50,177 bases of DNA from positions 1-50,177 of the forward strand of contig NIVC01000033.1 in NCBI GenBank assembly GCA_002269645.1, written 5' to 3'. The notes below the pieces were generated by a model. It saw nothing but the letters and a program-made list of their open reading frames with translations, was not told where the DNA came from and ran no database searches. This stretch comes from Macrostomum lignano (taxonomy: Eukaryota). Positions 11,355-23,200 of the stretch are shown here, piece by piece (within the stretch, counting starts at the first letter, position 1; each line of letters starts with the position of its first letter). The position numbers and the translations under genes were made by a program.

Positions 11355-11981
11355 TTTGCAAAATCTTCAAGTCAAACTGCCTACGATGCAATGCTCCACG
11401 GTTAATACTCAGACTGTGCAGGTGAAAGTTTTTCGCGTCAATTTGCACCTTTTAAAATCTGTTCATTGACAAATCTACAAATGTTTGTAGATTCGGAGTT
11501 CCGGAAGTTTCTAGAGAATTCATATTGTGCTGGTGTGGCCTCGGCAAGCATTCATGCCATAAATATAAATACACAATCTTACCTTATCCGAAAGCTCCCA
11601 TGAAAAAAAAATTTCTGCTTTACTTTCAATAACAAATTTGAGTTAAATATTACTTTTGAGTCTAAAGATGAGTTTCCCTACTCATCCTTTCAGCGGTAGA
11701 GAAACAGAGCTCGACTTTTCCTTCAATACGCCACAGTTCGGTCCGACGGCTCCGTGCAGCTGAACACGCCCTATCTGTTGAAGACTTCGTGCAGCTGAAC
11801 ACGCCCCATCTGTTGAAGACTTCCGACTGCTCCGACAGTCAAGGCCAAAATGATGCCCCAACAGCTGCCGCAATGGGCTGCTGATGCTTTAGAATCAATC
11901 GAGTTGATGCAACCAAGAAGTCCAAGCTGCGCGAGCGTCTCTGGGAGGACGCCGCTCAGATTTCGGGACCGGCTGATGTTC
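11355..11981 (+). pseudogene. Collapsed relic of a fourth nAChR-like paralog (exon-4 start fused to exon-7 pieces; possible exon-1 remnant)
   Basis: cag|cggtagagaaacagagctcgac at 11694 matches the start of gene A exon 4 (RETELD...ATVRSDG...LNTP). A 35-bp tandem duplication follows (11754-11823), then exon-7-like cagctgccgcaatgggctgctgatgct and tgggaggacgccgctcag...gaccggctgatgttc. Weaker exon-1 similarity (KIF-x6-xNxPR) at about 11355-11410. Confidence 0.8.
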
Positions 11982-12156
11982 AACAAGTGTGTAGATTGGC
12001 TGGCCAATCGCTGTTAGCGGGGCCGGGGGGCTTGTCGTCGCCCTGTTTGGGGGTGCTTGGTCCGGGGGTGGGTGCGCCGCCCCGGGGCGGGGGTGGGTGT
12101 CTGTGGGGCCTTTTTAGCCCCGTGCGTTGTGCTCAACTCAACTTACTCTGGGTACT

Positions 12157-13149
12157 ATGAGTTTGCGTAGGATGACTGTAAATCAGCTACGTGAAGAATT
12201 GAGTGATAGGGGCCTGAGCACGCACGGCTACAAGAAAGACCTGGTCAGCAGACTCTCCACTGCGATGAACCAGAGCGAAGCAGCTAGTCGGCGGGAACAA
12301 GCGGCGTCAAACTCCGCGGAGACCGAAAGCGAAGGTCGGCGGCAGCAGCAGCAACAACGGCTGGAGGCAGGGGAGGCGCTGGACCTAGCAGAGCTCCGGC
12401 GGAAGATAGCTAGCCTGGAATCGGAGACGGCAGCAATGCGCCAGCAGCTGGAATGCCGATTTAGACCAGGTGAGGTGGACCAACAGCTTCTTAATGAGCC
12501 CTCTGATTGTAGTAGCGACATGAATATCCCGAGTATGCTCAGAGGTCCCGGGTTCGAGACCAGGCTCGAGCCCTCAGTAGCTCAACTAGGGCTACGGGCG
12601 GCACCACTCGTCGTTGCGGATTTCTGCGGTTGCGACCCTCGGACGGCGCCGGCGAGTCGTAGGGAAAAGGTGCTGCATCCAACCGCCAATGAGCCTAAAC
12701 CCGAATCGCTGGGAATCGGTCAGTGGATAGTCGGCAACGCGCGCATCCTCGACGCCCTGATCTCTAGGGGACAGCTCGACCTGGAAGGCGTTCGGCAGTA
12801 CTTGCAGTACAATGTGCAGATCGGTGAGCTGGTCGAGGCAGGTTACGACACCACCAGGATCATGCGGTTCGACGACGCATTTAGAAGAGAGCAGCAGGCG
12901 GGCATGCAAGACTGGGCGCGACCGAGTTTCTCGCTGGTGGCACGGCACCTCATCGCCCCGCAGCAGACTCCACAACATGCCCGTTCTCGCATGGACAGGA
13001 AGATTCCGGTGATCCAAGGTGCGCCCGTGTGCCTCAAGTTCAATACCCGTGGTGGCTGCAAGTTCCAGAATTGCAAGTACACTCATGCCTGCCGGGTCTG
13101 CTTGCGCTCGGACCACGGCGAGACGCAACACGCGGCAAAAAACGAATAA
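12157..13149 (+). CDS. Ngaro-like Gag: N-terminal SAP domain, coiled coil, C-terminal Cys/His finger
   Basis: ATG at 12157; MTVNQLREELSDRGLSTHGYKKDLVSRL (SAP pattern); CLKFNTRGGCKFQNCKYTHACRVCLRSDH (CCCH followed by C-x2-C-x4-H), typical of Ngaro Gag. Confidence 0.75.
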   Translation: MSLRRMTVNQLREELSDRGLSTHGYKKDLVSRLSTAMNQSEAASRREQAASNSAETESEGRRQQQQQRLEAGEALDLAELRRKIASLESETAAMRQQLECRFRPGEVDQQLLNEPSDCSSDMNIPSMLRGPGFETRLEPSVAQLGLRAAPLVVADFCGCDPRTAPASRREKVLHPTANEPKPESLGIGQWIVGNARILDALISRGQLDLEGVRQYLQYNVQIGELVEAGYDTTRIMRFDDAFRREQQAGMQDWARPSFSLVARHLIAPQQTPQHARSRMDRKIPVIQGAPVCLKFNTRGGCKFQNCKYTHACRVCLRSDHGETQHAAKNE

Positions 13150-14719
13150 GCCGCGGCTCCAGTGGCCCCGGCAAGCTGGCAGCCGCAACTTTTAATCCCA
13201 AGTTTTTACTCCATTCGCGACATCAATTTCAATCCGAGTGGCTCCCTTGACGCAAAAGACTGGGCGAAGGAGCTGGACGGCGACTCCGACGGGCCTTTTT
13301 TTAATTGACGGAGTCCAAAACGGCTTCGCGCTCACTACTGAAACAGATTTTAAGCCTTCCGAAGTTGAGAACTACTCGTCCGCCATTGAGTACAAGACGC
13401 TGGTTGAAGAGCAATTGCAGCGTGAGATCGCCAGCGGGCGGTATGTGTCAGTCAGCCGACGTCCGTGCAAGATCTCCGCGCTTGGAGCCATCCCGAAAGA
13501 GGACGGTGGAGTCCGTATCATCCACGACTGCAGTCGTCCGGAAGGCTGTGCGGTCAACGACCACTTTATCGCAGACCACAAGATTAAGTTTGAAACGGTT
13601 AGCGGCCTCTGCTCACAACTCAAGCCCGGTGACTTCACGGCCAAGATCGATCTCAAGGAGGCGTATCGCTCAGTAGGTGTTCATCCTTCTTCTCTCGACG
13701 CTCTGGGCATCAAATGGCAATTTAGCGGTGACAGCGAGCCTACCTACCTGGTCGACACCCGGCTGAGCTTCGGCGCTGCGGCCTCGGTGTACCATTTCAA
13801 CAGGCTGTCTAAGGCGGTGGTGCGCATGATGCAACGGCGCGGGTTCACCTGCGTTGGCTACCTCGACGACTTCGCTGTGGCCGGGAGCACCTACGAGTCC
13901 TGTGTCGAGGCTTACGAGAGCTTGAGGAGCCTGGCGACGAGCCTCGGTTTCACCATCAACGAAAAGAAGTCTAGCGGGCCGTCGCGGCACACGGTTTTCC
14001 TGGGCATCCTGATTGACACAGAGTCGGGGATGCTGAGCATCCCACCGGCCAAGCTCAGTGCACTCGAAGACGCACTTGGGAGCTGCTTGCATCGACGCGG
14101 TGCCATCAGCAAGCGCGACCTTCAGCGGATCTGCGGCAAGCTGTCCTGGGTGAGCAGCGTGACCAGGAAAGGCCGAGCTTCCATCCGCCCTCTACTGATG
14201 CTGGCGAGCCGGGCGACTAGACCTGGGGACAAATTGCGGCTGACCCCGCACCTCACTGAGCTGCTGCACTGGTGGAGGAGAAGCCTTCAGTCCGTTGGCT
14301 GCGCGCCCATCTGGCCTCGCTACGCGCGAAGGATCGTCATCGAGACTGACGCCTGCAACTCGGGTGGTGCCTGCATTGTTCGGGAGGCCAATAAATCCGA
14401 CTGGCTCTACATCAACTGGAAGAACGACGCTGGTGGCCGTTTTGCTTCGGCTCACATCAACGTTAAGGAGACCATCACGCCTGTCCTCAGCATCCTCGCG
14501 GCCCCGGGCCGCTTCGACGGTGCGGACATCGTCGTGTACAGCGACAGCTCGGCGGCTGTCGGTGCGCTGAACAAGCTCAGCTCGCCATGTAACGACGTCA
14601 ACCGGCTCCTGCACACGCTGTCGCTTGCCTGCGACGCGTGGGGTCTGCGGCTGCGGGCCTTTCACGTTCCAGGCGCCTTCCAGGTCCTGGCGGACCCGGC
14701 CTCTCGCCTTGCTTCGTGA
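13150..14719 (+). CDS. DIRS/Ngaro-type reverse transcriptase-RNase H (one +1 frameshift at 13296-13302)
   Basis: ISALGAIPKEDGGVRIIHDCS, KIDLKEAYRSV, LSFG, YLDD (13859-13870), VFLGILIDT; RNase H IETDAC, HINVKE, VYSDS and HVPG...LADPASR. The N-terminal LDAKDWAKEL...D is in the gag frame and joins FLIDGVQNGF if one T is removed. Confidence 0.88.
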
Positions 14720-15152
14720 GTACCGCATGACCGGCAGCTGGGAGAGTACCTCATGATCGGCAGCTGGGAGAGTCCCGCATGACCGGCAGCTGGGAGAGTA
14801 CCTCATGACCGGCAGCTGGGAGAGTATCGCATGACCGGCAGCTGGGAGAGTATCGCATGACCGGCAGCTGGGAGAGTACCTCATGATCGGCAGCTGGGAG
14901 AGTCCCGCATGACCGGCAGCTGGGAGAGTACCTCATGACCGGCAGCTGGGAGAGTATCGCATGACCGGCAGCTGGGAGAGTATCGCATGACCGGCAGCTG
15001 GGAGAGTACCTCATGATCGGCAGCTGGGAGAGTCCCGCATGACCGGCAGCTGGGAGAGTACCTCATGACCGGCAGCTGGGAGAGTACCGCATGACCGGCA
15101 GCTGGGAGAGTACCTCGTGACCGGCAGCTGGGAGAGTCCCGCATGACCGGCA
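14718..15152. repeat. 26-bp minisatellite (gagtaccgcatgaccggcagctggga), 16 full units plus a partial, with a 5-unit (130-bp) higher-order period
   Basis: Units read directly; variant order recurs every 130 bp, matching the minus-strand ORF stops at 14751, 14881 and 15011. Confidence 0.93.
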
Positions 15153-16947
15153 TCTGTGAAAGCACAAGCGAGGCCAATATTATTCAACACATCGCAACTT
15201 AGAATAGTTGCGTTCAAACGTATTACAACTATTTTCTGTGAGTAGTATGCATAGTAAAATCATTTTCGTTTTTGACCTCTTTTTGTAAGTTGATGAAAAT
15301 ATTTTTTATCCTTAGTGTGATAAAATAAATTGCGATACTGCAAATAGTTTCGGCCCTAAGCAAACCTACTGGAGTGATTCAGAGATTTTAAAACTATTGT
15401 CCCTATTTGCATATCGCACATCGGCGAGTCCTACCAAACTTTCTCCCAGGTATTTTCTTGTACTGGTCGCAGGTACGGTACAAGAAAATGAATAATGCGC
15501 TTGAACACAACTCCAGATAAATTGACTCTGGATGCTGACAGAAATGAGATGGGCTTGAGTTCGTTTACTTCAAATTATATAAATTGCATAACGGTTCAGA
15601 TGAACTGATTCGCAAGTAGATTGACTACGAGTTCGTACGGAGAAGTTTTCCTACTCTGGCCTAATCCAGAGGTCCTACTCTATGGACCAGGCTCCTGTCG
15701 TCTCAGTTGTCAGCGCTGCCCCGACAAATTCCTATCGGTTGGCACAGACTTCTGCCAGATGGCGGAGTCTCCGAACTTCTGGCACGTACTGACTTCGGCA
15801 ACAGTCGCCTATCTAGACCACGCTCGACCAGCGGTGCCCTCTTGAGGCGCGGAATGCCGAAAGCTGCCTAACTGACAAGCGGAATATGGTCGGGCTGGGA
15901 GTAAAGAAAGTGAGTATAGGGATATCACACGCTTAAAGTGCAGCAATCTCGCTGCTCAGATGATGGTGAAGCGGAAAAGGTGTGTGAGGCCTAACTGCCA
16001 AAACACGGTTTGATTTAAAGTCAATCCAAGCCCCTCAAGGCGGGTGGTGCTTGGATGGCTGGCCGGTTGGTAATCTCGTTTACACTGGAGCCGCAGCTAG
16101 CCGCATTCCAGGCCGTTTCTGATTGGCTAGCCGCTTAAAGCCGGGGTACACTGCTGAATTGTAGACCACACATACCTCCGCTTTCCACATTGTTTTCTGA
16201 AACTGCGTCAATTAACTTGCTCCATTTCACAATGGCAATACTCAAAACTGACTTCGCGTACTTGAGAAAAAGCCAAAAATATAAAAAATGACAATTATTA
16301 TAAATGACTGAAAAATAATACTAATTCGCATAAGAGGCTCACACTACACTTAACATTCCTCTTCTGGAGCTCAGAAGCTCAGATAAATAAGGCGTACGTG
16401 TAATGATTTCTTTCTATTTTTATCGGAACCAATTCTGCAAATGCTTGCGTTGGTTCATTAGCGCTTAAAAAAGCAGTACTGTAATCTCCTTGCTTGTACT
16501 TGGTGCATCTTTGGGTTTGGACTGACTGTTTCTGCTTCTTCTAAGAACAATTCTCAGTCTGAATGCTGCCCTCAACACTACAAGCGTATTGAGATGATGC
16601 TTCAGATGCCGAGACGCTGAGACAATGCAGCATATTTCATGTTCTGAGCTGCCTTTCTTTTATTGATTCCGCAGCGCCGGAGCTGCCCGAGCAGCTCCTC
16701 TCTGCGTGTCCAAATGCATCTTTCCGATGCCAGCATCATCACTTGGAGCACCCGCAGAGCCAGAGTTCAAGAGACTGTTCAGTTGAGTTGTAGAAAGGAC
16801 TTCTCTCATTGGCCCTCACTCTCCGGGCTTTGGACGCTGGCAGTCTGCGTCTTACCATGCAGAGTGGGGCGTTGGCTCCTTGGGGTCTCAAAATTCTCCG
16901 GCCAAACTGCTCAGTGCTTCACTCCCTTCCCTACCACACCTGCTACC

Positions 16948-18822
16948 CAGAGACTTCTAAATATAACAGCTGGACCGGCAAGGGTTTTGGCCCCCTTGCA
17001 AGATGAGGCCTGTTTTTCTAGCCAATAGCTCAGGGCCTAAAGCAGTTTTGCATTGAAACTGAACAAAAAACACAGCATTAACTGGGAAGCATCTATAGTT
17101 TTTGATATCGCAAACAATTTAAAGATTTTTAATAAAAATTTATTTTTGAAAGTTTCCTTTCACTAACTTCATAAACGAATATAGTAATTAATTCAATGTA
17201 TTGACACGCGTTCATATTCATAATTGTATTGAATTGTAAGCACAACAAAAACGGATGCTGTTACGTACGCTCAAGTTGGTATATTATAGGTATCTAGTCA
17301 ATTGAATATTGAACTATTATAGAATGCAAAAATACAGAAATGATTGCCAGATTAGGTGCTAGTTAGCTTTACAGGTGAATTTTTTTTGTCTGGACGGGCT
17401 AGTAGAAATCGAAGGCAAATAATTGCTTTAATAAAAGCAAATGATAAATAATTGGTGAACGGGATGCAAATTTCGCAGGAAAATGGAGTGCTTGCTGAAG
17501 ACTATCTAGCATTATTTAGTAAGTTTCAGCGCCTTTTTACTCATCAAAATATTTAAAATTGTTGTTTAGCTTAGAACTTTCACTTAGACTATTTATCTTT
17601 TTGAAAGAACTATCTTAGTAGATTCAATTGGTTCACTTGCTCTGCGTTATATTCCTTGATTTACTACATTGGCACATCACGAACAGAAAAGAATTTTTAC
17701 ACGTAGCACAAATAAATTAAAGTGAAATAAAAGACTGTCACAAAACATAAAGCCATCTCACTTAGCTATCGGTGCTGAGGCCAGAAAGCTTCGCTACCAT
17801 TAGGTTTAAAATACCACTGATGGAAGTAGCCTTGCCTTGCTTGTCACCAACAAAATCAATTACCTTTTTCTTGGACAGTGCTGAGCCCTTCATACCAATT
17901 GAAACTACGCTATCCGGCCCAATACAGATGGAGCACGAGATCTGGCAGATGGGCATCACATCCAGCATGTAGATGCACAATTGGTTGTCGCAAATACTAG
18001 TGTGAAAACCAGAAGGTCGATCTTTCTCTTCGTCAAGTAATTGCTGAATTTGAGTGGGTGAGATTTCGCTGATTGAGTCGCGGGCGAAGAAATCATCAAT
18101 CTCTTCCTGACGACGGATATTGTCCAAGTCAAGCCGAGCTGCAGATAGTGCCGAAGAGGTGCTTCGAGCTGGACGTTGAGGCTTAGATAAGTAGGCCGGT
18201 GCGTTCGCAAAAATTGATGGCACAGCATCAGGCTTCAAATAGCGTTTCTGTAGCGGCTCGCCGTACGTCAATTGCGCCAAGTGTCACGAGAGGTTTGCAC
18301 GAAATCTTGATCAGTGAAATGCTCCGAGCATATTCGCGAATTCTTCGTGGGCACAAAATCTTTTCGTGGATTCGCCTTCATCCACTCTTCCAAAAGACGC
18401 GGATTTTTTAGTGGGAAAGAATGAAAACTTACATTCTTGGGTGTGTCAAAGCTGTCATAACCATTTTTGCAGCCCTTTTCCGAACACCCTTTTACCATGC
18501 TTAACGCTTCAATAAATTCACGACTTGATAATAAATCAAAATGAAATTTTAATAAAAATCTATTCGAAATAAAAATTTATGCTCTTCTTTCTTCTTTCTC
18601 ACAAAGGAAAATTTAACAGAGAGGAAAAATCTAGAGATACGAGCGTACTTGGGAGTGGAAATGCAGAGGAACACTGCCTTTTGTAGGTTAGGGAATGAGT
18701 AATGCTAGTCTGGCTTCAGTATTTTTCCCCATTTCCCGTGCAAAAAGCTGGCCTCATCTTGCAAAGAAAACTATGATTCATATTTTTCCTTCCGCTCCAG
18801 CTGTTATCTTCAGAGCTCTCTG
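16948..18822 (-). mobile_element. Non-autonomous P-superfamily-like DNA transposon (1875 bp) carrying a THAP gene remnant
   Basis: 8-bp TSD ctgctacc (16940-16947 and 18823-18830); imperfect TIRs starting CAGAGA with shared ataacagctgga and ttgcaagatgaggcc blocks. The flanks join into sequence homologous to 38885-39220. Confidence 0.85.
17762..18498 (-). pseudogene. THAP-domain transposase N-terminus, frameshifted near 18275 and lacking the catalytic domain
   Basis: GCSEKGCKN...SFHSFP...EEW...RICSEHF (C2CH THAP), then KPDAVPSIF (AVPTIF box) in another frame. Confidence 0.85.
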
Positions 18823-19349
18823 CTGCTACCCATCTTTTCTCCGACATGAACCATGCGAATCTGGATTGGGAGGCTTTCTAAAACAGAAACGACTAAGCCC
18901 TGCTCCTACTTCCCAAGCCCCGGCTGTCCACACAACCCACCGCATTCCACTCGCTCCGCCCTGTCTTGAGAAGCGGCCACAATATACAGCCAGAATTTGT
19001 CTGCAAGCAGAACCCCGTGGATGTTTTTGACGAGACGTTGGATTGACTGTGTATTTGGCTGCGATATGCATGTATTTGTTATTGTAGGAGGTCGAAAGCA
19101 TTAGGCCTAAAGAATCTAAGCGGGGCTCCAGGGGCGATAGCAAGCAGAGGACAAGCTGCAGGTTAAGACATAGGCAATTCGCAATCATTACGAATAATGC
19201 TTGACTAATGGGACTTGCTAGTCATACTATTTCATGCCTCCTCTTAAATAGAGCCGGGAATAAATAAGTGTGAACAGGGGTGCGAAACGAACAATGGTGG
19301 GAGCAACCGGGTGACAAGGAAGTTGTGCAGAGGGAAGTTAATATGGATT

Positions 19350-19760
19350 TAGGATGCATATCCAGGAACGTTTGATTGTTTCAAAGGTCCTGTAGTCACA
19401 AGTGATCTTTATCACGGTGGTCGCGCACAGGAGGCCGCAGCACCACTCTTTATCAAGCACCCATGAGGTGTTGCTGCCCTTATTCATCAGAAACTCAACT
19501 CTGGATGCAGATGTGTCAGTTAGCTGACTGGTAGAGAATCTACTGGCCCTACGAGAAGGTAGAAATGAGGAGCACTCGAAGTTGGCGTCCGAAGACGAGT
19601 TCTGCAAAACACTGACTGCGGCGCAGCGATGAGTTCAAATGATGGAGCAGAATCCTCTGAAGAAAGGAGGTGAAATCTGTGGGAATAATGCGTTCCGTCC
19701 GTTTCTTTGTTCGATAGCCAAGTAAGAGCCAAGTAAGAGCGCGTTCAGGTGCGTCCAGGT
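19350..19760 (-). mobile_element. Degenerate Ty3/gypsy integrase C-terminal fragment
   Basis: LTWLLLGYRT and AELVFGRQLRV resemble gypsy LPWVLLGIRT...AELVYG; spacing is enlarged and the sequence decayed. Confidence 0.4.
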
Positions 19761-20253
19761 TCAGAGGTCCACAACTTCCTGCACTTGTAGCTCCTTCCCG
19801 TGTCTCTGCCTGTCCTCTGCTTGTTGTCGCCTTTGGAGTCCAGCTTAGGTTATTTAGGCCCGAGGCTCTCAAGGCTCTCCTAGTAAATGCATGCCTTTCG
19901 CAGCTGAATACACAGTCAATCCAACGTTAATTTTTGAAAATGTACTACTTAAATGTAAGAGGCTTTTTACTCTAAAGAGTAAAAACGAAATTGGAAAACG
20001 TGGCTAAATCAAAAAGGAGCTGAGTTTGAAATGAAGGCAAAGCGGCCAAAAAAGTACAGGGCCGCTCTCGTGTCCCTGATTGGCTCGCATTGCTACTGTT
20101 TGAAAAGCCGCTCAAACTCAAATATCAGCGGATAACCACAGGAGCAGCCACAGCCTCTCTGAGCAAGTCGACATACATCTAAGAGAATAAATTCTTATCC
20201 ATAAATTCGGCTTTTGAGACGCGAAGGTTCAAATTTTTCAACTGGAAATCGGC

Positions 20254-23200
20254 ATGCGATTGAAGACTGCGCTGTTCTCCGCATTGCTGAGCACCCTGCT
20301 GCTGCAGCTGCTGCCACCAGCGTTGATGCAGAGCGTGCACGAATCCAGCTCCGCCGACTTGCTGTTCTCCAAAATTTACGACGCTCATCTCTCGATGATT
20401 CCTCCGCCTAAAGTGAACGGTACATTTAATGTCACCTTTGACATGGCCATTGCGCAGCTATTGGAGCTCGTGAGTCAACTGACTCTGATTGCTATTCTGC
20501 CGTTTCGCTAAACTAATCAACTAATTTTTCATGTAACTTTTTTCTTGTGTCAAGTGTAAAAAAGTAATGTTCCTTTCCTTCATCAATTCGATACTGGTTT
20601 CCAAACAGCATTGTACTTTGAATTCTGGTGTCCAAATACTTTTTACAGAATAATGGATTGCATCTTATGATCTTTTTATGGAAATATTTACCTCTTGAAA
20701 CATTTTTGACTATTTGTACCCCAAACAATACCTGATTTTATTAAATAACGCAATGTAAAGACGATAAGAGGTTTATCCTGTTGGAATGTTGGAATGCATT
20801 GGGGATTCAACGAATACATTATATCGTTAATTACAGACAGCTTATAACTACTACTTTTTCCTTCACTTGCTTCAGGACGAACTCAAGCAGACAGTCTCCA
20901 TGCTCACCTGGAGGAGAATGGTGAGTGTATTGACTGCCTTAAACACCTGTTGCCTGATTACGGTAGTACTCAAGTTGCTTTGATTTTGCAGTCCTGGTAC
21001 GACACCAGACTATCATGGCGGGGTCGCGTCTTCGATGGCAACCTGAGCTTCAACTCTATCAGCAGCATTAAAATTCCAAACAGCCAGATCTGGAAGCCGG
21101 ACTTGGTCGTGTACAATGAGTGAGTCGAAATGCTTGTTTGATCTTCCAGTTAGAATTTAGATGTCAATCAAAAATAAATAAATCACCAAACCGTCCACCC
21201 TTCGCAGTGTGAGGAAAACGGAGCTCGACTGGTCCCTCTACTACGCTTCGATTCAATCTGACGGCCTCATTCGACTCAACACCCCCCAGCTGATGAAGCT
21301 GTCCTGCCCAATCAATGTCCAACTGTTTCCTTACGATAAGCAGGTGTGCAGGATGAAGATCGGCAGCTGGACAATGGATGGTTTCGAGCTCAACTTGCTC
21401 AACGCGAGCACGCACGCTGACCTGTCCTCGATGGCGGAGGACAACGAGTTCTGCCTCGTCAAGGCGCCGCTGGAGCGAAACGTGATAAAGTACGCGTGCT
21501 GCGATGCGCCTTACCCGGACATTACGTACAGCATTTTGCTGCAGGTAAATGCGGCTTGTCAACCGGGCACGTTTTGGAGCTGTTCGGTGCACTTTCTATG
21601 CTAGGGTTGAGAATAGCGATTACAGAGCGCACATGTAGCTCGCATGTGCTGATTGGTTGGCTAAAATTCAAGCATGCGTGCGTATGGGAACATTTCGTAG
21701 TTTTTGACCTTGCAATTCTGTGAAAAATGTGCGGTATTTCTTTCGTATCGTCCTCAGTGTTGCTTTGTGCTGGCTTTGCTGGGAGTATAGACTTTTTAAC
21801 TGTGAATTAAATGTGGAGTTTATCTGTGTTTTGCAGGAAAGTTTTGGATCGCAAATAGGTGAGGTTGTTTTATAAACTAAGTCTGACGACGCGTAAATTT
21901 AGTTCTAACTTAAAGTGCAGCTTAGCAATGGATAAATAATCAGCGGTCCCAATGCGTGATAACGATTGTCTGGCGAGCGCCGGTAGGCGCGAGCCATAGA
22001 CAAATCGTTGTCACGTGCTGCGACCGCTGATTCTTTGCATTGTTTTTCTGTTTGACGATCCTACAGACAATTCATTGTTTGTAGTAGTGGATTGTTCTGC
22101 ATTAAAAATGTGAATAATGATCGTCAAATTGCTAAACAATGAGTTGTGAGAGCTTTTCATCAACTTTTAGGATTCATTTTCAGCTTGGATCCTGACCAAG
22201 ATTTAGAAAAGTGTAGTTGAGTAACTTATTAAAAATTTTCACCATAGACGCTTCCAAATAGGAATTAGTACCCGGCCCGGAAGGAACCCAGAGAAACAGA
22301 GGAACACCGAGGTTGGCGAGAACACGGAGGCGAAGCAACAGCCTCCAACAAGACTCGAATGCTTGTATATTTGGTGACGAACACGGCATTAACAGCCGAA
22401 TAAAAACCGAAGAAAAATTTTTAAAAGAAGAAGAATAAAAAAAATTTGCGAGAGCGAGAACGCAGGAGCTCCTGAGAAAACGGGGCATTAAAAACCCTCA
22501 GCAGGCGGAGGGGGGAGGGCCGCTGCACAAAGGAGGGTAGAGACACACAACGCACAACCCCCCCAAAACCACACGCACGCACAAAGGCCCAAAACCAACC
22601 CCCCGGGGGTACTAAAGCTGGTCTGCTCAAAGGCACGCCTCAGAGCAAACCAAGGCATTGTACCATGACCTTTGTGCCCGCTGGGCACTTATTCTTGCCT
22701 TTTAATGCCATAGACTACATTTAAGCCCGCTTGCAGGACTTTAATGCTTTAAACTTACTTTAATGCAAATTTGCGGGCCGTTAATCACATTTAACGCCCG
22801 ATTATTCTGTCCCACTTTGTCAAGGACACAAATGTTTATGGCACAATAATAGTAATACCCATGCTTTAAGGGCGTTAATGGGAAAGTCAGAGGGTGCCTT
22901 TCCCTAAAATAATACGAATAGCTAAATGGATCGAATTCCTTATAATTTTATAGAGTTTAATGCGCGCACTATCAACTTTTTACGGCGCCCTCTGACTTTC
23001 CCATTAACGCCCTTAAAGCATGGGTATTAATGTACTATACAAACCATCATGCCATAGCGTTTTTCATGAAGGTTAAAACATGCACTGTATTTCATAAGGA
23101 CTGCATGGAAAGAAAGCCAGAAAAATATGGAGAAGAGGCGCCCAAACTTTCCGATAAAGAAGTTGAAGTACTTTTAAATTTGGCACGGGAGAGACCCAGC

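Larger units (their letters stand above)
11990..14719 (+). mobile_element. DIRS-order (Ngaro-like) retrotransposon, 3'-truncated (no tyrosine recombinase or terminal repeats found)
   Basis: gag-like ORF followed by an RT-RNase H ORF of DIRS type; GC/G-rich 5' leader starting with the palindrome gattggc-tg-gccaatc (11994-12009). The 5' boundary is approximate. Confidence 0.85.

Noticed and set aside
13296-13303. UUUUUUA slippery heptamer as a programmed -1 frameshift
   Set aside because: Joining the upstream RT segment to the main ORF needs a +1 shift, and the heptamer is not in the required frame. An extra T in a homopolymer is simpler.
14718-15152. CRISPR-like array next to a reverse transcriptase
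   Set aside because: Units are head-to-tail with no unique spacers, there are no cas genes, and the context is eukaryotic. It is a minisatellite.
22250-22690. Possible Ngaro terminal repeat in reverse orientation
   Set aside because: Only 8-10 nt matches to 12010-12130 in low-complexity G/T-rich sequence; not convincing without an alignment.
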